DNA of 64,000 bases, from positions 10,050,650-10,114,649 of the forward strand of contig CAJINV010000002.1 of the NCBI GenBank assembly GCA_905178155.1, written 5' to 3'. Shown one piece after another: positions 36,036 to 46,962 of this stretch. Position 1 is the stretch's first letter; each line of letters opens with the position of its first letter. The translations under genes were made by a program, and so were the position numbers. Source of the stretch: Amoebophrya sp. A120 (Eukaryota; Protista; Dinoflagellata). Under the pieces are notes generated by a model. That model was given only the letters and a program-made list of their open reading frames with translations, was not told the origin of the DNA and searched no databases.

Positions 36036-38025
36036 GTATTACCACCCGGGGACCAAGTGCTTGTCCAAGACACACCCCGTGCTCGACAAATTCGAGGATT
36101 TTATCGTGCAGCAGCGGGATTTCGCAAAACACCACGACCCGGTGATCGCAACCATGTCTACCGACCAATTAGCAGCCAAGCTGGGCGTAGTACTGGACGG
36201 TGTGCTTAACCGATACAACAAAGGTACGAGTTTTTATTACGTTGTGAAGTTTTTTCGATATGATAGATCAGGCACGAAAAAAGCACCGTTGTTTTGCCAG
36301 CGCTGCCGCTGTGGGTGTGCATGTTGCTCCTTCTACGATCCGGACGCTGTGGTGGATGACCAGCAAGTGCTAGGTCTCTATGGTACTGCGAAAAAATAAC
36401 ACAGGTCTCCCGCCAGTCACACCAGAGATCGTGGAGAGCGTTGCCCTTTACTTCTGCGTACCAACCGAGAAGGAGCACGGATTGGCACTGCAGATCCGAA
36501 TGGCCTTAGAGGCGTACGTTGAGACGCAATACACATTAACGCTCATCACCCGGGACCTTGTGGACCCAATGGTAAATGAGATACGTGGTGGACGTGAGTT
36601 CTTGACTACAGTGCATTTTTTTTTCCTCATTCGCATTAGGACGCGACTGTGTATAAACTACTAAATCTTTTCGCCAACTCATTATCCAGGGTTTCCTGAA
36701 GAACATGCGAAAGGACATTATCTCGCGTTGCGTGCTGCAGAAGGAGGATCCCGTGCTGATGTGCCAGGAGTGCGAGGAGCGGTCGGCGAAGCTGAAATGC
36801 GAGCAGTGCAAGGACTTTTTCTGCATGGATTGCTTTCAGCTCACGCACGCTATCGAATGTAAAAGTGTCTGGGTCTGGAAGAGTCATGCTGTTTTTGCAT
36901 GACATAGAAGGTCTGACATGGACGCTCTAGCATTACAGGTTTCGAGAAGCTGCCGCAATGCCAAATTCGCATGACAAATCTCTCACTTTGGTGGCAGAAA
37001 GCGGGCAGCTTTTGCTACCCATGCATGAGAGATTTTTCTGTGTTTTGAAATGCGCATCACAAGTTTGTATTCTTCCAGACCCAGACATTTTTACATTTGA
37101 TACACGCCACGGGGAAGCGAAAAAGCCACAAAACGCAGAACGTGGAGCAGATCGTCTGCGATCTGTGCGACAAGGTGCACGCCGTCACCGTGTCTCTGGA
37201 GAACCACCAGCGCTTTTGCGACAATTGCTACCAGAAGAAGAGAAGAGACATGGTGGGACACAGAATGCGCGTTATCAAGGTATTTGGTACTTTGAGTTGT
37301 TTGATGGTGACGATGTGGGTAGTTCTTGTTCCGGTTATTTTTTACCGTAGTAGGGCTTAGCGCCGTCTGATCTGCCACGAGCTCTGTTGCAGAATTGGAA
37401 AGTTACAACTGTCAAAGGACTTTGTGAGTACGTCGCGCGTGAACTTCTACCCGATCAATCACAAATAAAACAGGGCCTCCCGTGCTCCGAGTGCGCAGCG
37501 AACTTTGACGCGCAGGACATTAATGACACCGGGGAGAGCAATAACGACGATCCAGAAGACGACGCGAAATTTGGAAACCGACAAGTGAAGCGAAAGCAGG
37601 CGGCGTCCATTTTGTGCGAGGACTGCTGCGATCTCTTCTGCTACGAATGCTTCGTGGAGATGCACAGAAAAGTACGAATATCTAAATATGGTTGATTCTT
37701 TATTTTTGTATGACTTTCAGTTTCAAGTACTGTTGTGACTCCTAGCTATGCCGAAACCACGGGAAATTCGTTCTGTAAAAAGATGAAATTGAAAATTTTA
37801 TCACAGGGCAAGCGGCTCCACCACGTGAGCCTGAGTATAAACGACGAGGGCCAGCTGATACGGCAGGGCGACGTGTTGCCACCGGAGGAGGGGCAGGCGC
37901 ACCTCGACCGAGCACGGCTGACCGCCGAGGGCGGTGCCTACGTCGCGTTCCGGGACGACCAATTTAACACGTATTGGTACCACTTCCGGGACAAAATCAT
38001 CACTCACCAAAATCCGTACATGTGA
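36036..38025 (+). CDS. B-box zinc finger and WW-like domain protein, multi-exon; true start lies upstream (~35.8-36.0 kb)
   Basis: YYHPGTKCLSKTHP (WW-like); CQECEERSAKLKCEQCKDFFCMDCFQLTHATGKRKSH after introner removal; further CxxC...CxxC B-boxes; C-terminal YWYHFRDKIITHQNPY; GT-AG introns at ~36224, 36572, 37280 and 37672. Confidence 0.8.
36851..37102. mobile_element. Introner element, family A2 (reverse orientation relative to 31244 and 41495)
   Basis: TATCGAATGTAAAAGTGTCTGGGTCTGGAA / ...ACATTTGATA; TSD CACGC. Confidence 0.95.
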
Positions 38026-38267
38026 GGAAATTGATGGCAGAAGTTACCGCAGGCATCGGATGAATCAATACTCAGAGTTTGGTGGAGAGAATAGTAAAGA
38101 CACTGTACCTCGATAGGAAGAGCAGGCACTGCATCGACTGAGAATTTTTCCGAAGCGTGTCGGTACCTATGTATTCGATCACACAGATTCCTCGCATGAA
38201 TGCAAATGCAAGAAAAATTGTTACGTTTTGATAAAAATTTACTTCTCCTCAGTTGTTTTGTTACGAA

Positions 38268-38650
38268 CTACTCTAGCAGACTCAGAAATCTAGCAGACTC
38301 AAAAATCGCAGACAAATTCAGACAGAAGCGAAGAAGGTTTGTTCGGTTGTTTTGACGTTGTAGTGCCAAGGGGCGGCCCCACCCCTTGCTGTGCGCAGCT
38401 TGTTCTAGGCAAGGGGCCCGCGGCGGCTCGTGGTACTGCATAGTACTAGGAGACACCAAGAAACCTCTTTTCCTTCCGCAGCAGACTCTTGTTTAATATT
38501 TGACAAAATTCACTCATTAGCAGACGAAAAAATAGCAGACTCGTCTCGAATAATGTTCTCATGTTCACAAGTTTAGACTTAGATTCGAAATCGCAGACTG
38601 ATAGGCCGAAAATCGCAGACTAATTTAGACACTTGCTACTCTTAGCAAGC
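38268..38650. repeat. Intergenic cluster of dispersed (TA/TC)GCAGAC motifs
   Basis: Repeated CTAGCAGACTC, AAATCGCAGAC and TAGCAGAC in two clusters around a GC-richer core. Confidence 0.55.
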
Positions 38651-39537
38651 GTTAGAAATGCAGTAGTAGATGTCTTCGCCAAAAAAGCTGCATTTAGGCA
38701 AGTACTAGGTTCGTCCCGACCTGGCTGCTGAGAGGTGGAACTTATTACTGGTGTAGGATATCCCTCTATCATCAGAATGAAGAAAACAACCTGCATGATG
38801 GGCGCCTCTCGGAAGTAATGCCTCCGCACTTGTTTCTTGTTTGCAAACGAAAAAGCAGAATTCGTGTGTAACATGATTGCAAGCCTAATGTCAGAATGTA
38901 TATTATCATCCAACTACTTGAAGCGGACGAACTTGCAGCAAAGTGCCCGCAAAACCCGAGCTGATATTGTTTCTATGCTAGCGACTGGACCAGAGCCAAG
39001 TCGCTCGTGTTACACCTGTACAAAGAAGAAAACTTACGAAGTGAAGATAATTTGAAGAAAATGAATACCGTCCAAGACCACGTCGGCGACCGCTGAGTGG
39101 GACTGTCGCCCAAGATATTGGTGTTCCTCGTTTCTTAGGTCACATCTCGTTTGCGTTTTCGCTTTTTTGTTTCTTATCGAGGGATGTTTTTTCATTCGCG
39201 ACGAGAAGCAAGCTTCCTGAGGAGTGAAGCCTAAGCCCGTGCTGTGATCGACCACGATCATCTTTGAGTGAGAGGTCTAGATGGAACGGGCATGGCCGTG
39301 ATCATTTAGTTCTTGTGCAGGATCATCTTTCCCTTACCCCAGCCCCCTCGACCCCAATCTCAATACCAACGATAGAGCTACCGTAGAACCAGCTAAGCTG
39401 CTGATGACGCTTGTATTTTGATCCCTCGAGGCGTTATTCTCTGCCGTGTTGTAGAGGGGCTGTACTTCTGCAAAGTAGTGAAAATAAATTAACTAGTTCC
39501 CCCATGTTTTGATCCCCTGGTCTACTTGAATTGCAAG

Positions 39538-42194
39538 ATGGTTCTCACTGTCGGTTGGTTTGCTCCATTTTTCTCGAACAGCGGGTATGGGTCGGAAGCG
39601 ATTTCCTACTTGCTCGCCTTCCAGAAGTACCTGCCCCACATTCCCGTCGCGATTCGGCAGTTTGCCGAGCCGGAAGACATGCAGTGGTCCAATCACAACC
39701 TTCCCCCCGAGTTGCGTCGCATCCTTCGCGGCCTCACCAAAAAGTCCTTCGCGGACACCACACGTGTGGTGCGGAACAGAGCAATGTCGGCGAGCGAGGC
39801 GGCGCAGCAGGCAGGCAGCGATAATGTTGACCCTGCGAATAAACACTTGCCCCAGGTCGCCGCGGGGAGCGGTAGTGCCGCCGAGGGGAATAATAATAAA
39901 GCGGTTCTGACGGGACGAGATCGAGAACCTCTGCATCACCAGCAAGATAATTATGCCGGCGGAGTTGTAGAGAAAGGAGAATTGGCGGCGATCTGCCACT
40001 CCACACCGGACGTGTGGCACGAGGACGGGGCGTTTGGCTGGGGAAATTTGCAGACCCGTTGTCCCCCGCCGTCGGCAAAGATCCGCATCGGCCGCACGAT
40101 GTTTGAGACGGACACGCTGCCTAGCTCGTGGGTGCCGCGGCTGGAGAAGATGGACTACATTCTCGTGCCGACCAAGTTCCACTTCGACATTTGGCGCAAG
40201 AAGATCCACGAGTACAAGCTGCGGGTGCTGCACGAGGCGGTGGACACAGAATTTTTCTCCCCCACCGGGACCCCCGTGGTGCCCGTTTTGTCGCACCGCG
40301 CGAACCACCGCCTGTTCAACCGGTACGTGGGGCGGCTGGTGCGCACACTGCCCGTGAACCGCAACCACCCGTCGGCCGGGAAGAAGACGGCGCCGGCCAT
40401 CGACCCGAAAACCGGGCGGCTGGCGCAACACGTGAAGAAGGCGGTGCCAGAGAAGTACAGCCGGCACAAGTTCGGCGCCAAGGCGGGCGAGCTGCACCAC
40501 CACGAGCAGCGGAAGCTGCAGCAGCGGCGCTACTTCGACGACGACTACGCCGGGGATCTGGAGGAGGACGTGTTCCACCAACCCCCGGAGGCGAAAACCG
40601 CCGCGGCGCACCAGCGCATTCAGCAGCAGCCCAAATTTTTCCTCGCGATCGGGAAATGGGAGAAGCGCAAGGGGTTTGACGTGCTGATCAAAGCCTTTCA
40701 GGAAGAGTTCCGGTCGGACGTGGAGGTGTTTCTGCTGATCAAAACGAGCCTGTTCCACAACACAAGGAGGCAAATTCTGCAGGAGGCCTTCGGAAAGGAG
40801 TACGACGCCGAGAAATTAGACCGGTACCAGCACGTCATCATCGACGAGACACCGCTGTCGTCGGTGGAGATGGTGCAGGTATAATTGGGTTCAGAAGTTT
40901 AGCAGGGACGTTGTTCTTCGGGATTTTCTTCAAAGGTGAAGTTCAGAAACAAATACGGGGACGAGATTACTGAAAATCTAAAGGAGAAATATGAAGATGT
41001 ATCACAAGAACTCAGATGATGTACTTGCACCCTGTTGAATGCTGCTCTTCTTTTTCTTCAACATCTATTCAAAAAATCTTCAAAACTCAATCTGTACCAG
41101 CTCTATCGTGAAGCCACCGCGGTGGTGCTTCCGAGTCGGGGCGAGGGTTGGGGCCGGGGACACGCAGAAGCGATGTCTATGGCCAAGCCTCTCATCGCCG
41201 TGAACTGGTCGGGGCCCAGCGAGTACATGCGAGACGACAATTCCTTAGCAGTCAACTACACGCTGGTTCGTCAACTGGACCCGAATACTATCCTGTGCAA
41301 AAGTATCGTACTGCTCGTACTAATTGCAATCATGCATGACAGATCTTGTTTCTTAGCGAAATCAGCATTACAAATTTCATTTTTCCTTCTGGAAAAATTT
41401 GTATTGCGATTTATACTAGTACGATACTTTTGCAATGCATAAATGCCGGCATGTACTCAGGCGACGGGCACTGGGCGGAGCCCTCTGTTTCCTCCATCAA
41501 ATGTAAAAATGTCTGGGTCTGGAAGAATGCAACTTGTAATGCGTATTTCAGAACACAGAAAAGTCTCTCATGCATACGTAGCAAAAGCTCCCGCTTTTTG
41601 TCAGCAAAATAGGGGACTTGTCATGCGGATTCGGCATTGCGGAAGGTTCTCGAAAACTGTGATGCTAGAGCTTCCATGCCAGACCTTCTGTGTCATGCAA
41701 AAACAGCATGACTCTTCCAGACCCAGACATTTTTACAATCCATATCCTCCCTGCGACAGCAAATGCGCTGGGTGCTGAATCACGAGGAGGAGGCGAAGCG
41801 TATGGGAGCGGCGTGTGGGGTGGTCGCGGGGTGGTAGTTTATTTTGGCACGGATTCTACTGCCGTTTCGGTTGAGAAATAGGATTTGCATGCTTCTTTCG
41901 TTCATTGCTTGGTCCATCTGGCTGGCAAAAGTAGTATGTAATGTGTCGTTGAAAAAAAAAATCTGAATTATGCGAACTACAAGCCAATGGCTATCTTCAC
42001 GACCACCTCCAGCTCCGCTCTGCATAAAAGAAATCGGCATGAACGCACGGCGCTTGATGGTTGAACAGTATTCGTTGTCGGAAATATCGAAGCAGCTCGA
42101 CAAACTACTCACGGAACTAAATTCGAAAATCGACGAGCGCAACGCCAAGATCCCCGTGAACATCACGAGACTGAGGGATCGGGACGAATTGTAA
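39538..42194 (+). CDS. Glycosyltransferase family 4 (GT-B fold)
   Basis: SGYGSEA, IGRTMFETD, FLAIGKWEKRKGFDVL, VLPSRGEGWGRGHAEAMSM, WAEPSVSSLRQQMRWV; introns 40879-41100 and 41800-42030, introners 41289-41441 and 41495-41744. Confidence 0.92.
41289..41441. mobile_element. Introner element, family E (reverse orientation relative to 16610)
   Basis: TATCCTGTGCAAAAGTATCGTACT / AGTACGATACTTTTGCAATGCATA; imperfect TSD AATAC/AATGC; restores LDPN(T/A)GMYSGDGHWAEP. Confidence 0.9.
41495..41744. mobile_element. Introner element, family A2 (5' end CAT variant)
   Basis: CATCAAATGTAAAAATGTCTGGG... / ...ACAATCCATA; TSD TCCTC. Confidence 0.94.
41800..42030 (+). other. GT-AG intron with relic introner architecture
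   Basis: G+TATGGGAGCGG...CCGCTCTGCATA+AAAG; degenerate ~35-nt terminal inverted repeat; joins EAKQIGMNARR. Confidence 0.75.
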
Positions 42195-42516
42195 ACAATT
42201 CTGTGGCCTTTTTTCGGCGGCTGGGCAGCTTTACAACTCCAGTTGTCGTCGTTCGATTGTTGACCAGGAGGAGTGATCGTGCTGCGTCGACCTCGATGAG
42301 GAAGCCAAAGTCCGGCTCCCACGCAGCGGTGATCGATAGTACGAGCGGACGTGAAGAATCGGAAACTCGTTTGATGCGTCAGGTTTTTCGACGTCGCACA
42401 GTAACTTGTTTGACGACAACGAAGCGTGAAGACGGCAGGAGGAACAATCTTTGCGAAGATCAACTGCATGTCCCGGAAACAAGAAGACATCCTAAGCTAA
42501 TCAAAAGAAAGCAGCT

Positions 42517-42912
42517 ATGCCTGGCGCTACGCACGACTCGATCCGGTTTGCGGCGGGCAGCCAGGAGCTGATCTGCTACTTCATCAAGAGCCTCCGCGAA
42601 ATCCCGGCGGACACGGGGTACTACGCGCTGTCATCGAATACGTCGGGCGGGAGCAACGGAACGCGCTCAGGCATACGATCTGCTACTTCCGCAACGGCGG
42701 GATCGTCATATGGTAATCCGGCGGCTGTGACAGGGACGAAAGGAGAGGCAGGAATTTCGGATGGAGGAGCAGGGATAGGCACGGCCGCGGTAGGAAACGT
42801 TGCAGCCGGAGGCGGAACCCCAGCCGCTGCGATCATGGCGGGCAATAGCAACGCAGGCACAACAAATGCTGATGCAGGTGGAGCAGGTGGCCCAGAGCAG
42901 GCTTTCTTGTAG
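42517..42912 (+). CDS. Possible small Gly/Ala-rich hypothetical protein or exon
   Basis: 131-aa ORF with coding-like codon usage; no motif. Confidence 0.3.
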   Translation: MPGATHDSIRFAAGSQELICYFIKSLREIPADTGYYALSSNTSGGSNGTRSGIRSATSATAGSSYGNPAAVTGTKGEAGISDGGAGIGTAAVGNVAAGGGTPAAAIMAGNSNAGTTNADAGGAGGPEQAFL

Positions 42913-43327
42913 CCAGGTACAACAGCTGGACGATTGCACCGGTGCAGTGGTGATTTCTTGGCTAGAAGATAGAAACAATTCGAGTGATGTCAGTGGCAGA
43001 TGACCGCGATTTTTTGGAAAAAACGACCAAAAGAATATGCTTGAAATGAAGCAGAAATTGCTCTCACTCGTCTTGTTCTGGTATTCAGATCCGGGTGTTT
43101 CAGGATTTTTTTTTGGCGGAAGGCATTTTTGGCGAAAGTTGATGAGTTGTGTTTGGTCATCTTCCTTTCTGTTTTATACTCTGTTCGACTCGGTTCCCTG
43201 GCGCGTTCATGAATGCGATGCTAATGAATGTATGATGCACCGAATTCGAACTGGAAGTTACGGATGATACTGCGTACTGACACGGCTTCTATACGGAAAA
43301 AGGTACTACTGGTCGGAACGAAATAAC

Positions 43328-46300
43328 ATGGCGCCAGGTCGTCAAACGAGAAAGCTTCTTGCTGCCTGCTTCGCACAGCAGATTTGTGCGGAGGTTTACT
43401 ACGCCCTAGCGTCCTCACAGAAATCTCCGTTTCTCGGAGATGCTATCGCGAAGCACAAGGGGATTGTGCGAGAGGACGAGGTGCTCGGTGGTCATGGAGA
43501 TGCTTTCTCAACAGACGGATCGCCGCCCGCAGGAGAATCCACGCGGGACACCGATATTTCACCCAAAATGGATTTGGATTATAAAAACGACTGGGTACAG
43601 GTCGGGGCGGCGTCGCCGCTCGGAGGGCACAAGGGGCAAGCGGTGTTTGAGTCAGTGCGTGGCAACGGAGCAGGAGCGACGCCGTCCACCTCGGCCGGTT
43701 CCTCCCCCGCATCATCGGCTAACCATGGCGGTAGCACAAATAAAAGCCCGACGGTATTGCAATGTACAACCAACGAAGGAGGTAGAAAGAAACAGAAACC
43801 CCTCGACAAGCGGCGCAAACCTTCTCTAAAGGACAAGATCACTCCCTTCGGCTACCGCGATGTTTTAAACACGTTCGAGAACGCGCCGGTTGAGGTGATC
43901 GGCGAGATTCCGAGCTGGCTGTTTCGGGACGGGACCTTTTACAAGCAGTCCGGGGGCGCCTTCGCGCTGCCCGACGACCCGAGCGGCACCGGGCCCGACC
44001 CGTCCTCCCAGATGCTCGACGGGCTGGCCCACGTGGCCGCGTGGCGGTTCGCGGCCAACCCGCATGGACACGGCCCGGAGGTGCTGTTCAGCAACAACTT
44101 TCCGGACACGGAGGCCTACGACCTGTGGCACGAGAGCGGCGGGGTCAACCGGGAGTTCGCCGGCACCGCGGGCGGCAAGCAGGTCTACCTGTTCAATCCG
44201 AACGTGAATTTTCAGCGCTGCGAAGACAACAAGATCGCGCCCTGTTTGATTGAGGCGCCCCTGCCGGTGCGCATGGTCCCGATGGACCCGCAGACCCTGG
44301 TAACGGTGGAGAAAAGCCGCAACATGAACGACCTGCTGGAATCCGCGCAGGACTGCACAGGAGGCGGTCCGGAGAGTGGTCCAGGCTGCATTTCGGCGAC
44401 GTCAGATGGAAAAAAGCCGCCGTCTTCATCCTCCTACACCGGCGAAAATTTAGATGGTGAACAAGCTTCATCCGCCGCCACCAGCAGTTGCCGCAGCTCC
44501 GGCGCTGATGTTGGAACTGAAGATGGCTGTTCACTTGTTCTGCCTTCTGAGCAAGTGCTGGGACGGAGAGGACAAGCAGATGATAGTGTGAGGAAAGAAG
44601 AAGAAAAGAGGAGCGCCGCCGATCCTTCAGGTGGCAAATACGTCCACGATCTGGTTTTCCTCGCTTCCCATCAACTCGAGGCGCCGAACCGTCAAAACTA
44701 CCACCTCGCGTATTACCTAACTCCGGGGAAGGATTGTGCACTGGGCTACCGCGTTTACAAACTGTGTCACGATGACAAAAATTCAAGCGGGGGAGCGGAA
44801 GGACAGGAGGAAGTTGCTGGCGAAAGCGTGAACTCCGGCTCGAATCGCTGTTGCGAGGTGTTGGCGGACGACAAGCTGTGTCAAACCGATTTCCCTACGC
44901 TGTTCCGCAATCTGATTCCGCATGAGAAATGCCCCTGCATGATGCACACCACCATCGAGACGGAAAAATACCTGATCATCCCGGAAACGTCGCTCCGCTG
45001 GAGACCGGGACTCACGCTGCAAAGCTCGACGCTCGGTATAGTATCTGGCGAATCAATGATCTTTGTGTGTTTGAAGTTCGGTGCATTTCTGATTGGCTCG
45101 TGTTTGACAGATGAGGGGTAAGTACCACATTCATACTTTCTCAAAAATGTCGGCCAAGGACTACACAGGTAACCTGCCGATCATTGGCAAGCGGTGGCGG
45201 GTGCCGTTTTTCAAGCAGTTCGAGTACAAGAAGGACATTCCGCTCGCGTTTCGGGTGTACGAGAAAGGTTCGGACGCGGAAACGAAAAAAGCCCGGGTCA
45301 GGTTCGTCTGTCGCGTCGAGGCGGCCCACGACGGGCACCTGTTCCACGTGGCCAACGCCTTTGACCACGACGAGAGCGGTGGTGGCTGCAGCCGCGTCAC
45401 CTTCGATTCCGACTTTCTCAACGCCTGGCAGTTCGGCGGACAGAAGGTCACCGAGCGGGGGATGGTACGATTCTGTCTCGAGTTCCCGAAGGAAAAAGAT
45501 GTAGGACCAAAGGAGGATATCCTGAGTAAAAACCTCCCCATACCAGAGTCAAAATGGAAAATCTGCTAGACAAATCGGCCAACTTTGGTTGTTTGGCATG
45601 ACAAGTTTGGGCTCGTAGTGCAATCCTTTTGAGCTAGTGCAGGAGGATGACAGATCTAGCATATCATGCTGATTCTAGCATTACAAAATCCAAAACGCGG
45701 CTAGATAATGCTTCTCATGGGGTTCCGCATGACAAACTTTTTTGGCACGCAGGTTTGCGTGACAACTCTGGGGTGGGGACGTTTTTACACAGGATAGAGG
45801 ACACCATCGGGGAGCAGGAGTTGCATCCTCCAGAAGAAGATAAAAAATCCTGTGCCGACAACGATGTAGTTCATCGGGGGATTGCTGCGAGTTCTTGTGA
45901 GATTTCTGATCACGACATCGAACCACCAGGAGCCTCGTCTGTGAGCAAGAAAATGCTGTTGGACGAGTCCCCCGGCTTTCCCGTCGCGAATCCGGCTTTT
46001 CTCCGGCAGAAAACCCGGTTTTTCTACGCGGTGACCAGCACCGCGTTTTCCAGTCTCTCGCGCGTCGACGCGGAAACGGGCGAAACAAAGTATCAAATGT
46101 AAAAATGTCTGGGTCTGGAAACTTGTGATGCTGAGTGGCGAATCGTGAGGAGGCCACAAGTGCTGGCCGAGCATGACAAGTTTCTGAGGTTCTAGGTGTT
46201 GCCTATTCTGCATGACAAACTGCGTTTCTGCATGACAGAAAAATGGGGCTTTTGGGTGACGCGCACGACAGATTTACGGGTCATGCCAGACAAGCATGAC

Positions 46301-46962
46301 AAACATGCATTCTTCCAGACCCAGACATTTTTACATTTGATACGAAGGAGTGGAAGCTGAAACACGGGGCCCAGAACCAGTGGCAGGTGTCGGATATCAA
46401 ATGTAAAAGTGTCTGGGTCTGAAAGATTGCCAGGTTTGTCATGCACATTTTGCATGACTTCTGATGTCTGTGATGCATGCCCTAGCATCACAGATTTCGT
46501 GAGGGCTTCCTGATGCCTTTACCGCATGACAAATGCTCTTTCCGTGTAGCAAAACTTGGACTCTCTTTGCTGCTCATGCAATACAGATATTTTTAGAATC
46601 CAAAATCAGCATGACAGGTTGCAGCCTTCCAGACCCAGACATTTTTACATTTGATATCGGAGCCGCAGTTCGTGCCGCGGCGGGGGGAGGTGGCTGGGAA
46701 GGAAAAAAGCGGGGAAAGTTTGACGTCCTTCTTGTCCCGCGCACGCGCGGCCGGCCAGTACCCCCCGGGTAGCGCGGAACTGGATGGGGTTTTGCTCGTT
46801 GCGGCCAACGACATCACCGAGGAGCGGAGCTACCTACTTGTGCTAGACCCCAGCACGATGGAGGAGCTGGCGCGGATCACCGCACCCATCGACGTCAATT
46901 ACGGACTGCATTCGCAGTTCGTCGGCCCCGAGTCTCCGGAAGTGCTGCCACTGAAGTGGTAG
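43328..46962 (+). CDS. Carotenoid oxygenase (RPE65/CCD family)
   Basis: GEIPSWL..GTFY, LDGLA, four His ligands (ASHQ, MMHT, FHVANAF, YGLHS), FPVANP, SEPQFVPR, LDGVLL; GT-AG intron 45036-45168 plus three introners. Confidence 0.92.
45518..45796. mobile_element. Introner element, family B
   Basis: TATCCTGAGTAAAAACCTCCCCA / TGGGGACGTTTTTACACAGGATA; TSD GAGGA; 279 bp, the same length as 1425-1703. Confidence 0.95.
46091..46342. mobile_element. Introner element, family A3
   Basis: Family-A TIRs; imperfect TSD CAAAG/CGAAG. Confidence 0.93.
46395..46656. mobile_element. Introner element, family A1 (splits the SEPxFVP motif)
   Basis: Family-A TIRs; TSD TCGGA. Confidence 0.95.

Noticed and set aside
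39493-40773. Long antisense ORFs (426 aa here; similar at 209-1183, 26849-27946, 32412-33494)
   Set aside because: They are shadow ORFs opposite real GC3-rich coding sequence.
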